From assembly GCA_964639285.1 (NCBI GenBank), contig CAZXCI010000001.1, positions 219,757 through 283,756 on the forward strand: a DNA stretch of 64,000 nucleotides. The letters are read 5' to 3'. This stretch comes from an uncultured Candidatus Saccharibacteria bacterium (lineage in GTDB: Bacteria > Patescibacteriota > Minisyncoccia > Phycocordibacterales > XYD1-FULL-46-19). The translations under genes and the position numbers were made by a program. The notes beneath the pieces are model-generated. The model was not told the DNA's origin and ran no database searches. It saw only the letters and a program-made list of their open reading frames with translations. The stretch's first letter is position 1. Every line of letters starts with the position of its first letter. Positions 1-9,615 of this stretch are shown in pieces.

Positions 1-155
1 TTGGCGATAGACCAGAAGACTGTGTCTAAGGTGATGAGAGCAAAAAGAATATTGGTAACATTTCTTCGATCGTGGAGATAAGTTATAATTCCAAGGTAAA
101 TAACCAAGAAGCTTGGAATGATCGTCAAAAACAAATCGACATAGCTTGAAACCAT
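1..155 (-). CDS. 5' end of a membrane protein, resembling the 7TM N-terminal sensor region of histidine kinases; runs off the window edge
   Basis: Manual translation MVSSYVDLFLTIIPSFLVIYLGIITYLHDRRNVTNILFALITLDTVFWSIA...; TATAAT 6 nt before the ATG. Confidence 0.5.
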   Translation of the reverse strand, partial: MVSSYVDLFLTIIPSFLVIYLGIITYLHDRRNVTNILFALITLDTVFWSIA

Positions 156-236
156 TAGAATATTATAACAGATTTTGGTAATTTTTAGCTAATATAAAGA
201 GGATAACATTAAGAAGGTTGCAGAAATTCTTAATTA

Positions 237-683
237 TTAGATATCCTCTTTTTTGACCAATTCTTCGACAACAAGAAAAAGTAGGTCCTTTTTGTAAAAC
301 GGGGCCTTATTTGTCCCATTAAGTATATCTGTCACAAAACTTTGCATTGTTCCGTTGGTTGATATTTGAGTATAATATTGAGCAAGTTCTACTTCAGGCC
401 AGTCCGTAATTTTATCAATTAAGACTTTAGTTCTTTCTAGACTTTTTGTCCAAGAATATTTATTCTTCTGCAGACCTCGAATCTTGGGCAACAATTTATC
501 ATTTGACACATCATTCATTAAGGTTATTCCCATATCAAATTGACTTGCCTTTTTTAGATTAAAGTCATCTTTGAAAGTGACCCCTTCGTTATTCAAGAGA
601 CTCAAAAGGTCTTCTTTAGAGATAACTTTCGTTAAAAAAATCTCGATGTAGGAATTTTCCAGATTAAATTTTTCGTTTATCAT
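237..683 (-). CDS. hypothetical protein
   Basis: 148 aa ORF, no recognised motif. Confidence 0.6.
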   Translation of the reverse strand: MINEKFNLENSYIEIFLTKVISKEDLLSLLNNEGVTFKDDFNLKKASQFDMGITLMNDVSNDKLLPKIRGLQKNKYSWTKSLERTKVLIDKITDWPEVELAQYYTQISTNGTMQSFVTDILNGTNKAPFYKKDLLFLVVEELVKKEDI

Positions 684-744
684 GATATTTGTTATATCTT
701 GACAACAATATTTAAGTTTAATAAAATATAAACAATAACATTTT

Positions 745-1044
745 ATGATTAATCAAAAAATTAAACGATTTAATGATCTGGTGTCTCTGATAATGTCTTC
801 TATCAAAAAGGGTGACGATAAACAGGCTCGATTAATTTTTGATAAAGAGTTGCGACCAAACTTTGGCGAAGCGGTATGGATCGGCAGTAGCCCCTTAAGG
901 CCTCTTGCTTTTTTCTATTGTGAAATGGACGATTATCTTAACAATGAGGGAGCTAAAATTTTGGGGGTTTCAAGTAAAGGAAAAATTTTAGATTTATATG
1001 AGAGTGAATACAAAGAAGAATTTGCTAAACTTGCGGGTGATTAG
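745..1044 (+). CDS. hypothetical protein
   Basis: 99 aa ORF followed by a hairpin at 1043-1070. Confidence 0.6.
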   Translation: MINQKIKRFNDLVSLIMSSIKKGDDKQARLIFDKELRPNFGEAVWIGSSPLRPLAFFYCEMDDYLNNEGAKILGVSSKGKILDLYESEYKEEFAKLAGD

Positions 1045-1082
1045 GGCTGGATTTGCTCTAATCACCCTGTATCTCGTCTTTG

Positions 1083-1301
1083 TTATTTGTTCCCGCTACG
1101 ATCACCTGAATTTTCTCCTCCGCCATACTGCGAGTATTCGCCAGTAGACGTGTTTAGGTTGAAACTTTCATGAACGTGTCCGCCACCACCAGTGTTGGTA
1201 TAACGGTCTGCGGTAATCCTGTCTTGATCCTCCTTACTTTGACGAACTCTAGTTGTCTGCCCATCACTTGAGCTGTTGAATAACCGTTCGAACAATCCCA
1301 T
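1083..1301 (-). CDS. small Gly/Ser-rich hypothetical protein
   Basis: 72 aa ORF with SD-like AGAGAGGT upstream; converges on the 1043-1070 hairpin. Confidence 0.55.
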   Translation of the reverse strand: MGLFERLFNSSSDGQTTRVRQSKEDQDRITADRYTNTGGGGHVHESFNLNTSTGEYSQYGGGENSGDRSGNK

Positions 1302-1517
1302 GACAACCTCTCTTTCTGACCCCTTGGGTCATTATCACCAGACTTATTTCTGATGATGTCTAATTTCATTATGATGTTATGAAGACTGTTGTCTATATCT
1401 AACAACATGGGCTGAAAAAGGCTTTTAAATAGGGTTTAAGTAAGGGGTGGTTTGACAAAAGAGGTAAATTTTGTTAAATTTGTTGGATAGTAACAACAAT
1501 TTAGATATCGCAAAAAA

Positions 1518-2312
1518 ATGACTATCCTATCTAATAATATATTGGTTAAAAATTTGGTCGAATATGGCTTAAGCGACAAAGAAGCTAAGATATATTTGGC
1601 TTTGTTGAGACTCGAAGTTAGTGTGGTCAACGAAGTAGCTAAAACGGCGGGAGTTAATCGTAGCTCAGCTTATGTTGTCCTTGAAGCGCTTAAAGAAAAA
1701 GGTTTGGTTAGTGTTTCGCATGATAAAAAAATTCAACACTATATTGCCACTTCGCCTGAGGCCCTCCTCTACTCTGCCGAGAATCTTGCTCAAAAACAAG
1801 AGAATATTAAGAACAAAATTGCTGATATCGTGCCAGAATTGAAGGCTCTTCATAAGGATACTAAACAGAAACCCAGGGTTATGGTCTACGAAGGTGAAAA
1901 AGGAATTATGAATGCCTTAAGCTGTACCCTAGGAAGCAAAGAAAAGAAGATTCGTGTTCTCTCTTCAAGTGAACAAGTCTCTGAGCTGATGATTGGCTAT
2001 ACAGTAAAAAGATTTGAAAAGGGTATAAAAATGATGGGGATTCATCCTGATGGCGAAATCGCTAAAATGCTAATTTCTAAATCTCCTAAAAACTTTGACG
2101 AATTAGCTCTAATTTCTGCTAAAGATTACAAATTTTCCGCGGACATTGCTATTTTTGACGATAAAATTGGATATATATCAAATAAACAAAAAGGTATCTC
2201 TTTTATTATCGAGAGTAGAGACATGGCGGAAGCAATGAAAACAATTTTCGATTTAGCCTGGAAAGAAGCAAGACGTGTTGGTTTTAGCGAAAAGGAGTAT
2301 CAAAAAGATTGA
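1518..2312 (+). CDS. TrmB-family transcriptional regulator
   Basis: N-terminal wHTH (YGLSDKEAKIYLALL...EVAKTAGVNRSSAYVVLEALKEKGLV); C-terminal PLD-like effector region (DIAIFDDKIG...FDLAWKEA). Confidence 0.85.
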   Translation: MTILSNNILVKNLVEYGLSDKEAKIYLALLRLEVSVVNEVAKTAGVNRSSAYVVLEALKEKGLVSVSHDKKIQHYIATSPEALLYSAENLAQKQENIKNKIADIVPELKALHKDTKQKPRVMVYEGEKGIMNALSCTLGSKEKKIRVLSSSEQVSELMIGYTVKRFEKGIKMMGIHPDGEIAKMLISKSPKNFDELALISAKDYKFSADIAIFDDKIGYISNKQKGISFIIESRDMAEAMKTIFDLAWKEARRVGFSEKEYQKD

Positions 2313-2313
2313 T

Positions 2314-3432
2314 CTAACAAAGACTCTCTCTTATTTGGTCAAGTTCCAAACGATAACGCCCGGTCGGCATATCTTCAGAGATTAAGATTTTTCGGGCGAA
2401 GTAAGCTAGGGTAGCCCCACGCAGGAAAGTGGCTTCGGCTAGTTGTGGGATACCGGCGAGATCGACACCGACGCGGTCGAAGGATTCGCGTAATTCTTTA
2501 ACTAGATTCTCGCTTCCCATAAAATCGCGAGCCAGGGCCATCTTCTCACGAAAGTCGGTTGTTGGTCCAACTTGAGCGATGCGATCGATTACCTCTTGCT
2601 TAAGTTTCCCATTTAGGAGAGTGATAGAATTATCTAAATCGTAGCGTTCGACATCGATGATGATGTTAGAGCCATTGCCAGTGACCATTAAGACGGGAAT
2701 TTTGAGCCCCCTTGCTTTTTCTCGGATGGCAATTTTAAGCTTGAGGTTGTCCATTTCTTCAATCAGCAGATCAATTTTGGAGTCAGTCAGGAATTTGTCC
2801 AAGTTATCTGGTTGGATACCTTGGTCATAAAGTTCGAGATTGACGTAGGGATTAATTTCGTAAATTTCGCGGGCGGTGATCGTCGTTTTATCTAGTTCAA
2901 CATCAGAAAGGCCTGCGCGAAAACGATTAAGGTTGGAGAGAGAAAGAATATCGAGATCGGCTAACTTCAAGTTCTCGAAGCCCTCTTGCGCTAGACAGAT
3001 AGCTCCGGGGTTACCAACATTTAGACCAGCTATGCCAATTGTTAGTTTTTTTATTGCATTTTGTTCAGCACTAGAAACAAAACTATTATTGCGAGAGAGA
3101 CGAAGTAATTCGTAGTCATCCTTAGGCAGGGCATGTATCAATTTTTCGTTCCATGGGTAGTATATCCAGTTGCCATCTTCAATCTGGCTAGCCCCTTCTT
3201 TAACTGATGAGTTGGCCATTTTATCTAAAATTAGAGTGGGATTATTCACTAAAGCTAACTCTCCACTTTGTTCTCCGTAATTATCAACAACCTCTTTTAT
3301 GCTACCCTGCTCAAACATTGTTAACAATTTTGCTTGGTCCGCGGGATCTGTTAGTTTAAAAATTTGTGGCTTACTATTAGGCTGAGAATGACGAGTTTTA
3401 GCCTTGAGATAATCAATTAATTGAGAGTTCAT
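2314..3432 (-). CDS. ThiF/MoeB-family adenylyltransferase (Rv1355c-like)
   Basis: WIYYPW, IGIAGLNVG, LADLDILSLSNLNR, AREIYEINPY and DVERYDL motifs. Confidence 0.85.
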   Translation of the reverse strand: MNSQLIDYLKAKTRHSQPNSKPQIFKLTDPADQAKLLTMFEQGSIKEVVDNYGEQSGELALVNNPTLILDKMANSSVKEGASQIEDGNWIYYPWNEKLIHALPKDDYELLRLSRNNSFVSSAEQNAIKKLTIGIAGLNVGNPGAICLAQEGFENLKLADLDILSLSNLNRFRAGLSDVELDKTTITAREIYEINPYVNLELYDQGIQPDNLDKFLTDSKIDLLIEEMDNLKLKIAIREKARGLKIPVLMVTGNGSNIIIDVERYDLDNSITLLNGKLKQEVIDRIAQVGPTTDFREKMALARDFMGSENLVKELRESFDRVGVDLAGIPQLAEATFLRGATLAYFARKILISEDMPTGRYRLELDQIRESLC

Positions 3433-3445
3433 AATTATTGAGTAA

Positions 3446-4492
3446 TTAAATTAATAATTTGTCTTTTAATTTATGTCGTGGGGTGGTTCGAAATTGCTTG
3501 TCCATTCGACCTGCGGCAAAAACGAATTGAGGGTCGTCCTGAGATCCAATAATCTTCTTAACTTCTTGATAGAAATTACCGATTTCAATGGAGGCAAGAT
3601 AAATCGAAGTGTTATAACCATCATTTTGTAATTCGAGCATTAGACGTTCAATTAACCGGCCCAGCTTGATCCAAGTTTCGGCTCGTGGCTTCGGTGCAGT
3701 AAAAATAAAAACAAAGGGTGAAGTTGAGACGCTCAAGTAATTAATTTTGCCCATAATTGGGCCCATGTTGAAAAATCGAATTACTTTTGATACAAAAAGA
3801 GATATCGGTCCGGGCATATTCATTGAATAGCCGATCATTCCATCATTTCTTCGACTATAGTTACTGATAATCCATCTGGACATTTCTCGCCTAAAGTTTT
3901 TGTCGGAGTGGGCCAAACGCATTCCTTGCTGAGTTAAACTGGCAATCTTTTCAATTTCGGCGGGGGTGGTAATAATCTTAACGTTAATTCCATCTTCGGA
4001 CCAGCGACTGATTAAATCTTTAAGTTTTGCAATGTAAGACTGATCAATTTTTTCTCTAATGAAAGGCCCACGGGCGTTGGTGCGATGTAGAATTGTTTTA
4101 ATGAGTGATGACAAATCTTTCTTGTCTTCCTCGTCTTCAAATGAAACTGTCGCAATCAAATTACCCACATTGTCGTCAGCAGAATAAATGATTTCTGTTT
4201 TTTGGCCATAATACTTGGCGGCAATGACGAGGTTTTCAATTGCGCAGCCGATACTGATGTATAGATCACGGCTTTTAGGGTCGGCATACTTCAGTTTAAG
4301 TTGAGGATCAAAATAAACGGAACAAATATTTTTTTGTACTTTGAATAACCAAGGCTGAGTATTATGGGTTGAGGGAGCTAAAATAGTATAACGTAGTAAA
4401 AATTTAATTTTCTCTTCGATATTAGTTAGACCAAAAAATAAGTCCTTCTCTTGGACCAATTGATTACGCATTTTATCTAATCTTGCTTCCAT
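3446..4492 (-). CDS. Acg-like nitroreductase-fold FMN-binding protein
   Basis: LAPSTHNTQPWLF, ISIGCAIENLVIAA and RTNARGPF motifs. Confidence 0.85.
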   Translation of the reverse strand: MEARLDKMRNQLVQEKDLFFGLTNIEEKIKFLLRYTILAPSTHNTQPWLFKVQKNICSVYFDPQLKLKYADPKSRDLYISIGCAIENLVIAAKYYGQKTEIIYSADDNVGNLIATVSFEDEEDKKDLSSLIKTILHRTNARGPFIREKIDQSYIAKLKDLISRWSEDGINVKIITTPAEIEKIASLTQQGMRLAHSDKNFRREMSRWIISNYSRRNDGMIGYSMNMPGPISLFVSKVIRFFNMGPIMGKINYLSVSTSPFVFIFTAPKPRAETWIKLGRLIERLMLELQNDGYNTSIYLASIEIGNFYQEVKKIIGSQDDPQFVFAAGRMDKQFRTTPRHKLKDKLLI

Positions 4493-4523
4493 CAGAGAAT
4501 TATAGCTTTTTTCCTCTATTCTG

Positions 4524-6035
4524 TTAATCGTGAGACTCTTTAATTACCCACTTTTGTTTAATCCCCGGCTGAAAGAAAGTAACATCCTCAGCTGGCCATA
4601 AGACAACCTTAGGTAAGGCTCGCTTGCCGATGAAGCGATAAAGTTCTCGGTACTCGGAACTTTTTTTAAGTAAACCTTCGAGAATTGCTCTCTGGACCTT
4701 GTAACGAAGCTTGGGGCTGGCTTTAACCCCTTTTTTCATCTCGACGTTGATTTCGAGATATTGGTTTTGATGTTTATCGAATTTTGTACACATCGCCATC
4801 TTGCCCGTGCAAAACTTGGAGCTTTCTGTTTGGAGGAGTCCATCTTTGATAAATTCTGGGAAAATATTTAGGCCATAAAGAGTAGTAGATAGATCTTTGC
4901 GCTCATAGACATAGACGAAAGGTAGCTCGTTTTTTTGATCTGCAATCCCAGCCTTGCTCATTTCCTTTTTTATATCAAGACCATTATTTTTGAATTTCTC
5001 TTTTAAATCAGCAAAGCTTATTACTCCGCCGTTGTCGCCGATGGCATAACGAACAAGGGGGATAGTATTATCTCCGGTCAGTATTATTTCTCCTTGATCC
5101 TCATCAAAGCTTATGAAGGATGGGTTGAATTGGGTGAAGGTCGGGGTTTTTTCGATATTGCCAAAAATTTCTCCAAAGAGCTTCTTATTTTTAATTGCCT
5201 TCTCTCTTGCGAGGATTGAAAGTGGAGTTTCTGAAGCCATTGCGCCGATATCTGCGCTGCCATAGATGTTAATGGTTTCGCGGTACTTGTTGTTGAGGCC
5301 AACGTGTTCGGCCAAATAATCACGGAAACTCTCGGTGAAAGATTCTGCGGCGAAAGAAAATTTAATTTTTAGTTTCTTCAAATTAATCCCGTTGGCAATT
5401 GCTTCGTCAATTACATCTTTAACAAATGGAGGGTAGCCGCAGATAATTGTCTGGTCAAATAGTGGCGACAACTTACTAAAGGCACTAAAGATTTCCTTTT
5501 TATTTAATCCTGGAGTGATGATAGAAATTTTATTTTTTGTTCTATCCCGAGTCATTTCATAACCGCTAAAGGTAATAAGTCCTCCAATCCAAACCCCCAT
5601 GCCAAAAGCTATGATAACAAGAGTAGACTCCTTGGCGGAGGAAAAACTGTCCAAAAAACGTTCGTGGATAATAGAGCCTTGCCAGTCAAGCTTTGCTTCG
5701 CGAGGGAAATAAAAAGGTTCACCTGTCGAACCGGTGGTTGAGGTATAAGTAGAGTTTTTTTGGGGTTCTCCGTTCCAGAAGAGTTCGCGGTAAGGATAGT
5801 AACGAAGATAATTCTTCTTATTTATAACGGGGACTTTTTGGAAATCGTTCCAAGTTTTTATTTTTTTATGGTTGATTTTGTGTCGGGCCAAAAATTTTTT
5901 ATAAGCAGGGACTTTTTCGGCGGCACGATGAAAAAGGCTTAAGGCTCGAACCTCTCTTTCTCTCATCCAAAAATTACTTGTTCTGGACGAGATAAGGGCA
6001 CTCATTTTTTCTACTTCTTTGTTTGCCTCTTGCAT
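4524..6035 (-). CDS. phenylacetate-CoA ligase (PaaK)-family AMP-dependent ligase
   Basis: VPAYKKFL, STTGSTGEP, GYPPFVKD, YGSADIG and PLVRYAIGD motifs; ATG at 6035 preferred over GTG at 6065. Confidence 0.85.
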   Translation of the reverse strand: MQEANKEVEKMSALISSRTSNFWMREREVRALSLFHRAAEKVPAYKKFLARHKINHKKIKTWNDFQKVPVINKKNYLRYYPYRELFWNGEPQKNSTYTSTTGSTGEPFYFPREAKLDWQGSIIHERFLDSFSSAKESTLVIIAFGMGVWIGGLITFSGYEMTRDRTKNKISIITPGLNKKEIFSAFSKLSPLFDQTIICGYPPFVKDVIDEAIANGINLKKLKIKFSFAAESFTESFRDYLAEHVGLNNKYRETINIYGSADIGAMASETPLSILAREKAIKNKKLFGEIFGNIEKTPTFTQFNPSFISFDEDQGEIILTGDNTIPLVRYAIGDNGGVISFADLKEKFKNNGLDIKKEMSKAGIADQKNELPFVYVYERKDLSTTLYGLNIFPEFIKDGLLQTESSKFCTGKMAMCTKFDKHQNQYLEINVEMKKGVKASPKLRYKVQRAILEGLLKKSSEYRELYRFIGKRALPKVVLWPAEDVTFFQPGIKQKWVIKESHD

Positions 6036-6127
6036 ATATTCTAATACCGTTACAGTATACCACAAAGAAAAAATAAAGTAAAGTGTCTGGACTATGCCTG
6101 GCTCCAGACTGATGATATAATAGCTTA

Positions 6128-7168
6128 ATGCCTAAAAATAAGAAAGAGTTCAGGCTTGACCTAAACGAGGGCCAGCGGAGTTTTATTAACAAGAAAATGC
6201 TTGGAGGAATATTGGACCCTAGTGATTGGCACCAATATGCTCGAAAGTCAGACCTTGCTACTCTTCAAAAAAATACAGCTAAGCGTCTTGGTGTTTTGTC
6301 AGAAAATCTAGTTTTTATGAATGGGACTTATCATGCCCTTGATACCCTTTTTAATTTCTTAGTTCGCGAGGATGAGTCAGTTGTTATTCCTGTCCCTACC
6401 TTTGCTTTCTATCCTAAGTTTGAGAAATATCGTCGGATCACCTTTAAGAAAATTAAGTATGGCGAAAATCTACATTTACCAGTCACAAGAATTCTCTCTG
6501 CTCTTGATGTTAAAACAAAATTAGTTTATTTGGTTAACCCTCATAATCCTCTTGGTTCTGTCGCTAGCTCTAACGAATTAGAAATTATAATAAAGGCAGC
6601 TAAGTCAAAAGGGGCTTATGTCGTTGTCGACGAAGTCTACTCGGAATTTTGGGGCAAAAGCGTTGTCCAGTTAATCAATAAACATAAAAATCTTATTATT
6701 CTTCGGTCTTTTTCTAAGGTTGGTCTAAGCGGTTTGAAGCTTGGATTTACTGTCTCAAATGAGAAGCTGGCTCAGAAAATTGAGGAGATGCGTGGTGATA
6801 TCTATAATGTAAACAAGGCCTCAATCTCTATTGTCTCAAAAGTTTTTTCTGGTCGCGAGCAAATAAATAGGTACGTTGATGATATCAAAGAAGCTCGTTC
6901 TGGGCTCATTAAATTTTTGAATGAACGTAAGGTTTTGGTTTTGCCTAGTGAGACAAATTTCGTTACGGCTAAATTCTATCGACAAGAAGAGCTTGTTTCT
7001 AGGCTAAAAGGGAAAGGTGTTTGGGTCAAGGACTTGACCCATTATCCCGATGCCCCTCGTTGGCTTAAGGGTTATGTCCGCATTACTGTCCCGGGGACTA
7101 AAGATTTACCAACTTTTTTAGCTATTTTGGGTTCTGTTATGGACGATTTCAAAAAATCTTCCCTCTAG
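6128..7168 (+). CDS. PLP-dependent class I/II aminotransferase, HisC/aromatic-type
   Basis: LDLNE, NPHNPLG, VVDEVY, LRSFSKVGLSGLKLG (PLP lysine) and SETNFV motifs. Confidence 0.85.
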   Translation: MPKNKKEFRLDLNEGQRSFINKKMLGGILDPSDWHQYARKSDLATLQKNTAKRLGVLSENLVFMNGTYHALDTLFNFLVREDESVVIPVPTFAFYPKFEKYRRITFKKIKYGENLHLPVTRILSALDVKTKLVYLVNPHNPLGSVASSNELEIIIKAAKSKGAYVVVDEVYSEFWGKSVVQLINKHKNLIILRSFSKVGLSGLKLGFTVSNEKLAQKIEEMRGDIYNVNKASISIVSKVFSGREQINRYVDDIKEARSGLIKFLNERKVLVLPSETNFVTAKFYRQEELVSRLKGKGVWVKDLTHYPDAPRWLKGYVRITVPGTKDLPTFLAILGSVMDDFKKSSL

Positions 7169-7201
7169 TTTAATAGTTGTGCTAGAATTATAGTAATTAA
7201 T

Positions 7202-8422
7202 ATGACAAATATAATCGAAGAACTTAAAGCTCGCGGGCTCGTTGCGCAAGAGACGCATGACGGTAAATTAGGAGAAATTTTGGCGAGAGAGAAAATGGCT
7301 TTCTTTGCCGGCTTTGATCCTTCGGCGGATAGTTTGCATATTGGGAGTTTGGCGCTAATTGTTACAATGACTCGCCTTGCGGGAGCGGGGCACAAGCCGA
7401 TTTTTTTAATGGGTGGAGCGACGGGTCTAATCGGCGATCCGAGTGGAAAAATAGAAACCAGAAAAATGCTTGGTGAAGCCGATGTCGAGCGGAACCTTCA
7501 GTCTATTAAAAAACAAATTGGAAAAATTCTGGGAGATCAAGAACTTCTTTTTGTTAACAATTTTGACTGGCTCAAGAAATTTAATTATCTAGAATTTTTG
7601 CGTAATTACGGCCCCCTTTTTAAGGTTAACGAGATGGTCAAAAGTGAGACCTATCGTGAACGCCTAGAGAAAGAATATGGTCTTACTTTTCTTGAGTTTA
7701 ATTACCTGATTCTTCAGGCGATAGACTATCTTCATCTTTTTGATACCGAAGGTTGTCGTCTGCAAATTGGTGGGAGTGATCAATGGGGCAATATTCTGGC
7801 TGGGGTGGAGCTTGTTCGTCGAGAGCGCCAGACCGAAGCTTATGCTTTTACCATTCCTTTGATCGAGCGTTCGGATGGTAAGAAGATGGGTAAGTCTGAA
7901 GCCGGAGCTGTTTGGCTCGATGCCAAGAAGACTTCCCCTTTCGATTTCTATCAATACTGGGTTAATGTTGACGATAAGGATGTTGGCCGTTTCTTGAAAA
8001 TTTTTACTTTTCTCTCACTTGAAGAAATTGCCGAGCTTGATAAGCTGAGTGGTTCTGAAATTACAGAAGCTAAAGACATCTTAGCTTATGAGGTCACGAA
8101 GTTTGTCCATGGAGAAGAAGAAGCTGAAGAAGCCAAACGTCTTTCTTATGAATTGTTCAGCTTGAGAGGTGCCGGTATTAATTATTTACCTCCAATTAAG
8201 GTCTCTCTTCCTTTGGGAGGCTTGAATATTGTTGATTTTCTTGTTAGTACAGGAATAAGTGATCTCAATTCCAAAAGGAAAGTTCGTGAGTTAATATCAT
8301 CTGGCGGTATTTATCTTGATCTCGAACCAGTAAAGGATTTAAATCTTGTGGTGAAAAAATCAGATTGGACAGTGCTTCTTCGTGTTGGGAAGAAGAAATA
8401 TTATAGAATAGAGGCGAATTAA
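7202..8422 (+). CDS. tyrS: tyrosyl-tRNA synthetase
   Basis: GFDPSADSLHIG, QIGGSDQWGNI and KMGKSE motifs; C-terminal S4-like domain. Confidence 0.97.
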   Translation: MTNIIEELKARGLVAQETHDGKLGEILAREKMAFFAGFDPSADSLHIGSLALIVTMTRLAGAGHKPIFLMGGATGLIGDPSGKIETRKMLGEADVERNLQSIKKQIGKILGDQELLFVNNFDWLKKFNYLEFLRNYGPLFKVNEMVKSETYRERLEKEYGLTFLEFNYLILQAIDYLHLFDTEGCRLQIGGSDQWGNILAGVELVRRERQTEAYAFTIPLIERSDGKKMGKSEAGAVWLDAKKTSPFDFYQYWVNVDDKDVGRFLKIFTFLSLEEIAELDKLSGSEITEAKDILAYEVTKFVHGEEEAEEAKRLSYELFSLRGAGINYLPPIKVSLPLGGLNIVDFLVSTGISDLNSKRKVRELISSGGIYLDLEPVKDLNLVVKKSDWTVLLRVGKKKYYRIEAN

Positions 8423-8451
8423 CTAAAGGTATCACTTATGAAGTCCAATTT

Positions 8452-9612
8452 CTAAGTTCCCCTGCCGACGGCTTCACTTATATTTTTATAACCATCTTTT
8501 TGGAGTAACTCAACTAAGCCTTGATTGATCTCGCTGATTAGCTGGGGTCCTTCGAAAATCATGCCGGTGATGAGTTGGAGAAGAGAAGCGCCAGCTTTTA
8601 TTTTGGTATAAGCGTCCTCGGCGCTTGCGATTCCCCCGCAACCGATGATAATTGGTCGTTCTGTTTCGGGGAGAAGCTTAATTTTGTTGTAAATATATTT
8701 GATTTGCATATTAGCCAACTCTTCGACGATCTTGCCGGAGAGGCCACCTTTATCGGTGGGCAGAACGTCCTTGATTTTTGCTTGGAAGTTGGGGAGGGTT
8801 CTATCCTTGGTTAAATTAGTGCAGATAAAGCCGTTAACTTTATATTCTTGAGCTATTTTGATAATTTCATCTAATTTTTCTTCGCTTAAGTCTGGTGGTA
8901 ATTTAAGAAAAAGAGGTTTAGCCTTGCCCGAGGCTAGTCCTCGGGCAAGGGCGGAGAGTAATAAAGTAAGACGCTCTGGTTCAACAAATGGCTCTCCGCC
9001 AAAAGTGTTGGGGCAACTGATGTTGATGGTATAATAATCGCCAACCCCAGCTTCGATAAATTTTTGATACGCGAAGAGATAGTCAGACACTCCTTCTTCG
9101 GTCGTGATCGTTTGTTGGTCGTTGGTCTTGGCCAGGCTAACGCCCACGGGGAAATTTGAGCGGAGGAGGCTTCCTAATCTCTTGGCCACCTCTTCTGCTC
9201 CATTATTTTTTAATCCATAGTAGACAATGAGGCTCCGCGACTTTGGCAGACGCCAAAGTCGCGGTCTCTCGTTTCCCGCACAAGGTTGGCCTGTGACCGA
9301 ACCAATTTCGGTAAAACCGAAACCGACTGACGGCATAATTTTTGTCATCTCGCCATTTTTATCAAAGCCGGCCGCGAGTCCTAACGGATTTTTAAATTTG
9401 ATCCCGAGAATTTCTTGCTCGAGAACTGGGTTCTCATAAAAAAACAAGATTTTTGTTAGCCACCGGGTGGCTGATATCGAGCCCAAGAATTTCCCGATAC
9501 TTATGAACCAGTCATGAACATTCTCTGGGTCAAAGTGAAAAAAAATCGGTTTCAACACCCAGCGGTATTTCCAACGAATAATTTTGTTTCTAAATTTTAT
9601 CCAATTTTCCAT
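8452..9612 (-). CDS. pyrD: dihydroorotate dehydrogenase (quinone, class 2)
   Basis: NPLGLAAGFDKN, INISCPNT, GGLSGK and GASLLQL motifs. Confidence 0.95.
   Translation of the reverse strand: MENWIKFRNKIIRWKYRWVLKPIFFHFDPENVHDWFISIGKFLGSISATRWLTKILFFYENPVLEQEILGIKFKNPLGLAAGFDKNGEMTKIMPSVGFGFTEIGSVTGQPCAGNERPRLWRLPKSRSLIVYYGLKNNGAEEVAKRLGSLLRSNFPVGVSLAKTNDQQTITTEEGVSDYLFAYQKFIEAGVGDYYTINISCPNTFGGEPFVEPERLTLLLSALARGLASGKAKPLFLKLPPDLSEEKLDEIIKIAQEYKVNGFICTNLTKDRTLPNFQAKIKDVLPTDKGGLSGKIVEELANMQIKYIYNKIKLLPETERPIIIGCGGIASAEDAYTKIKAGASLLQLITGMIFEGPQLISEINQGLVELLQKDGYKNISEAVGRGT
8922..8950. repeat. palindromic element in-frame in pyrD (CGAGG..CCTCG family)
   Basis: ccttgcccgagg-ctagt-cctcgggcaagg with 12 bp perfect arms; encodes LARGLASGK. 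Confidence 0.7.
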
Positions 9613-9615
9613 TTA

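Noticed and set aside
9160-9180. Second possible repeat in pyrD (ggaggaggcttcctaa)
   Set aside because: Too short, and no second copy in the window to support it
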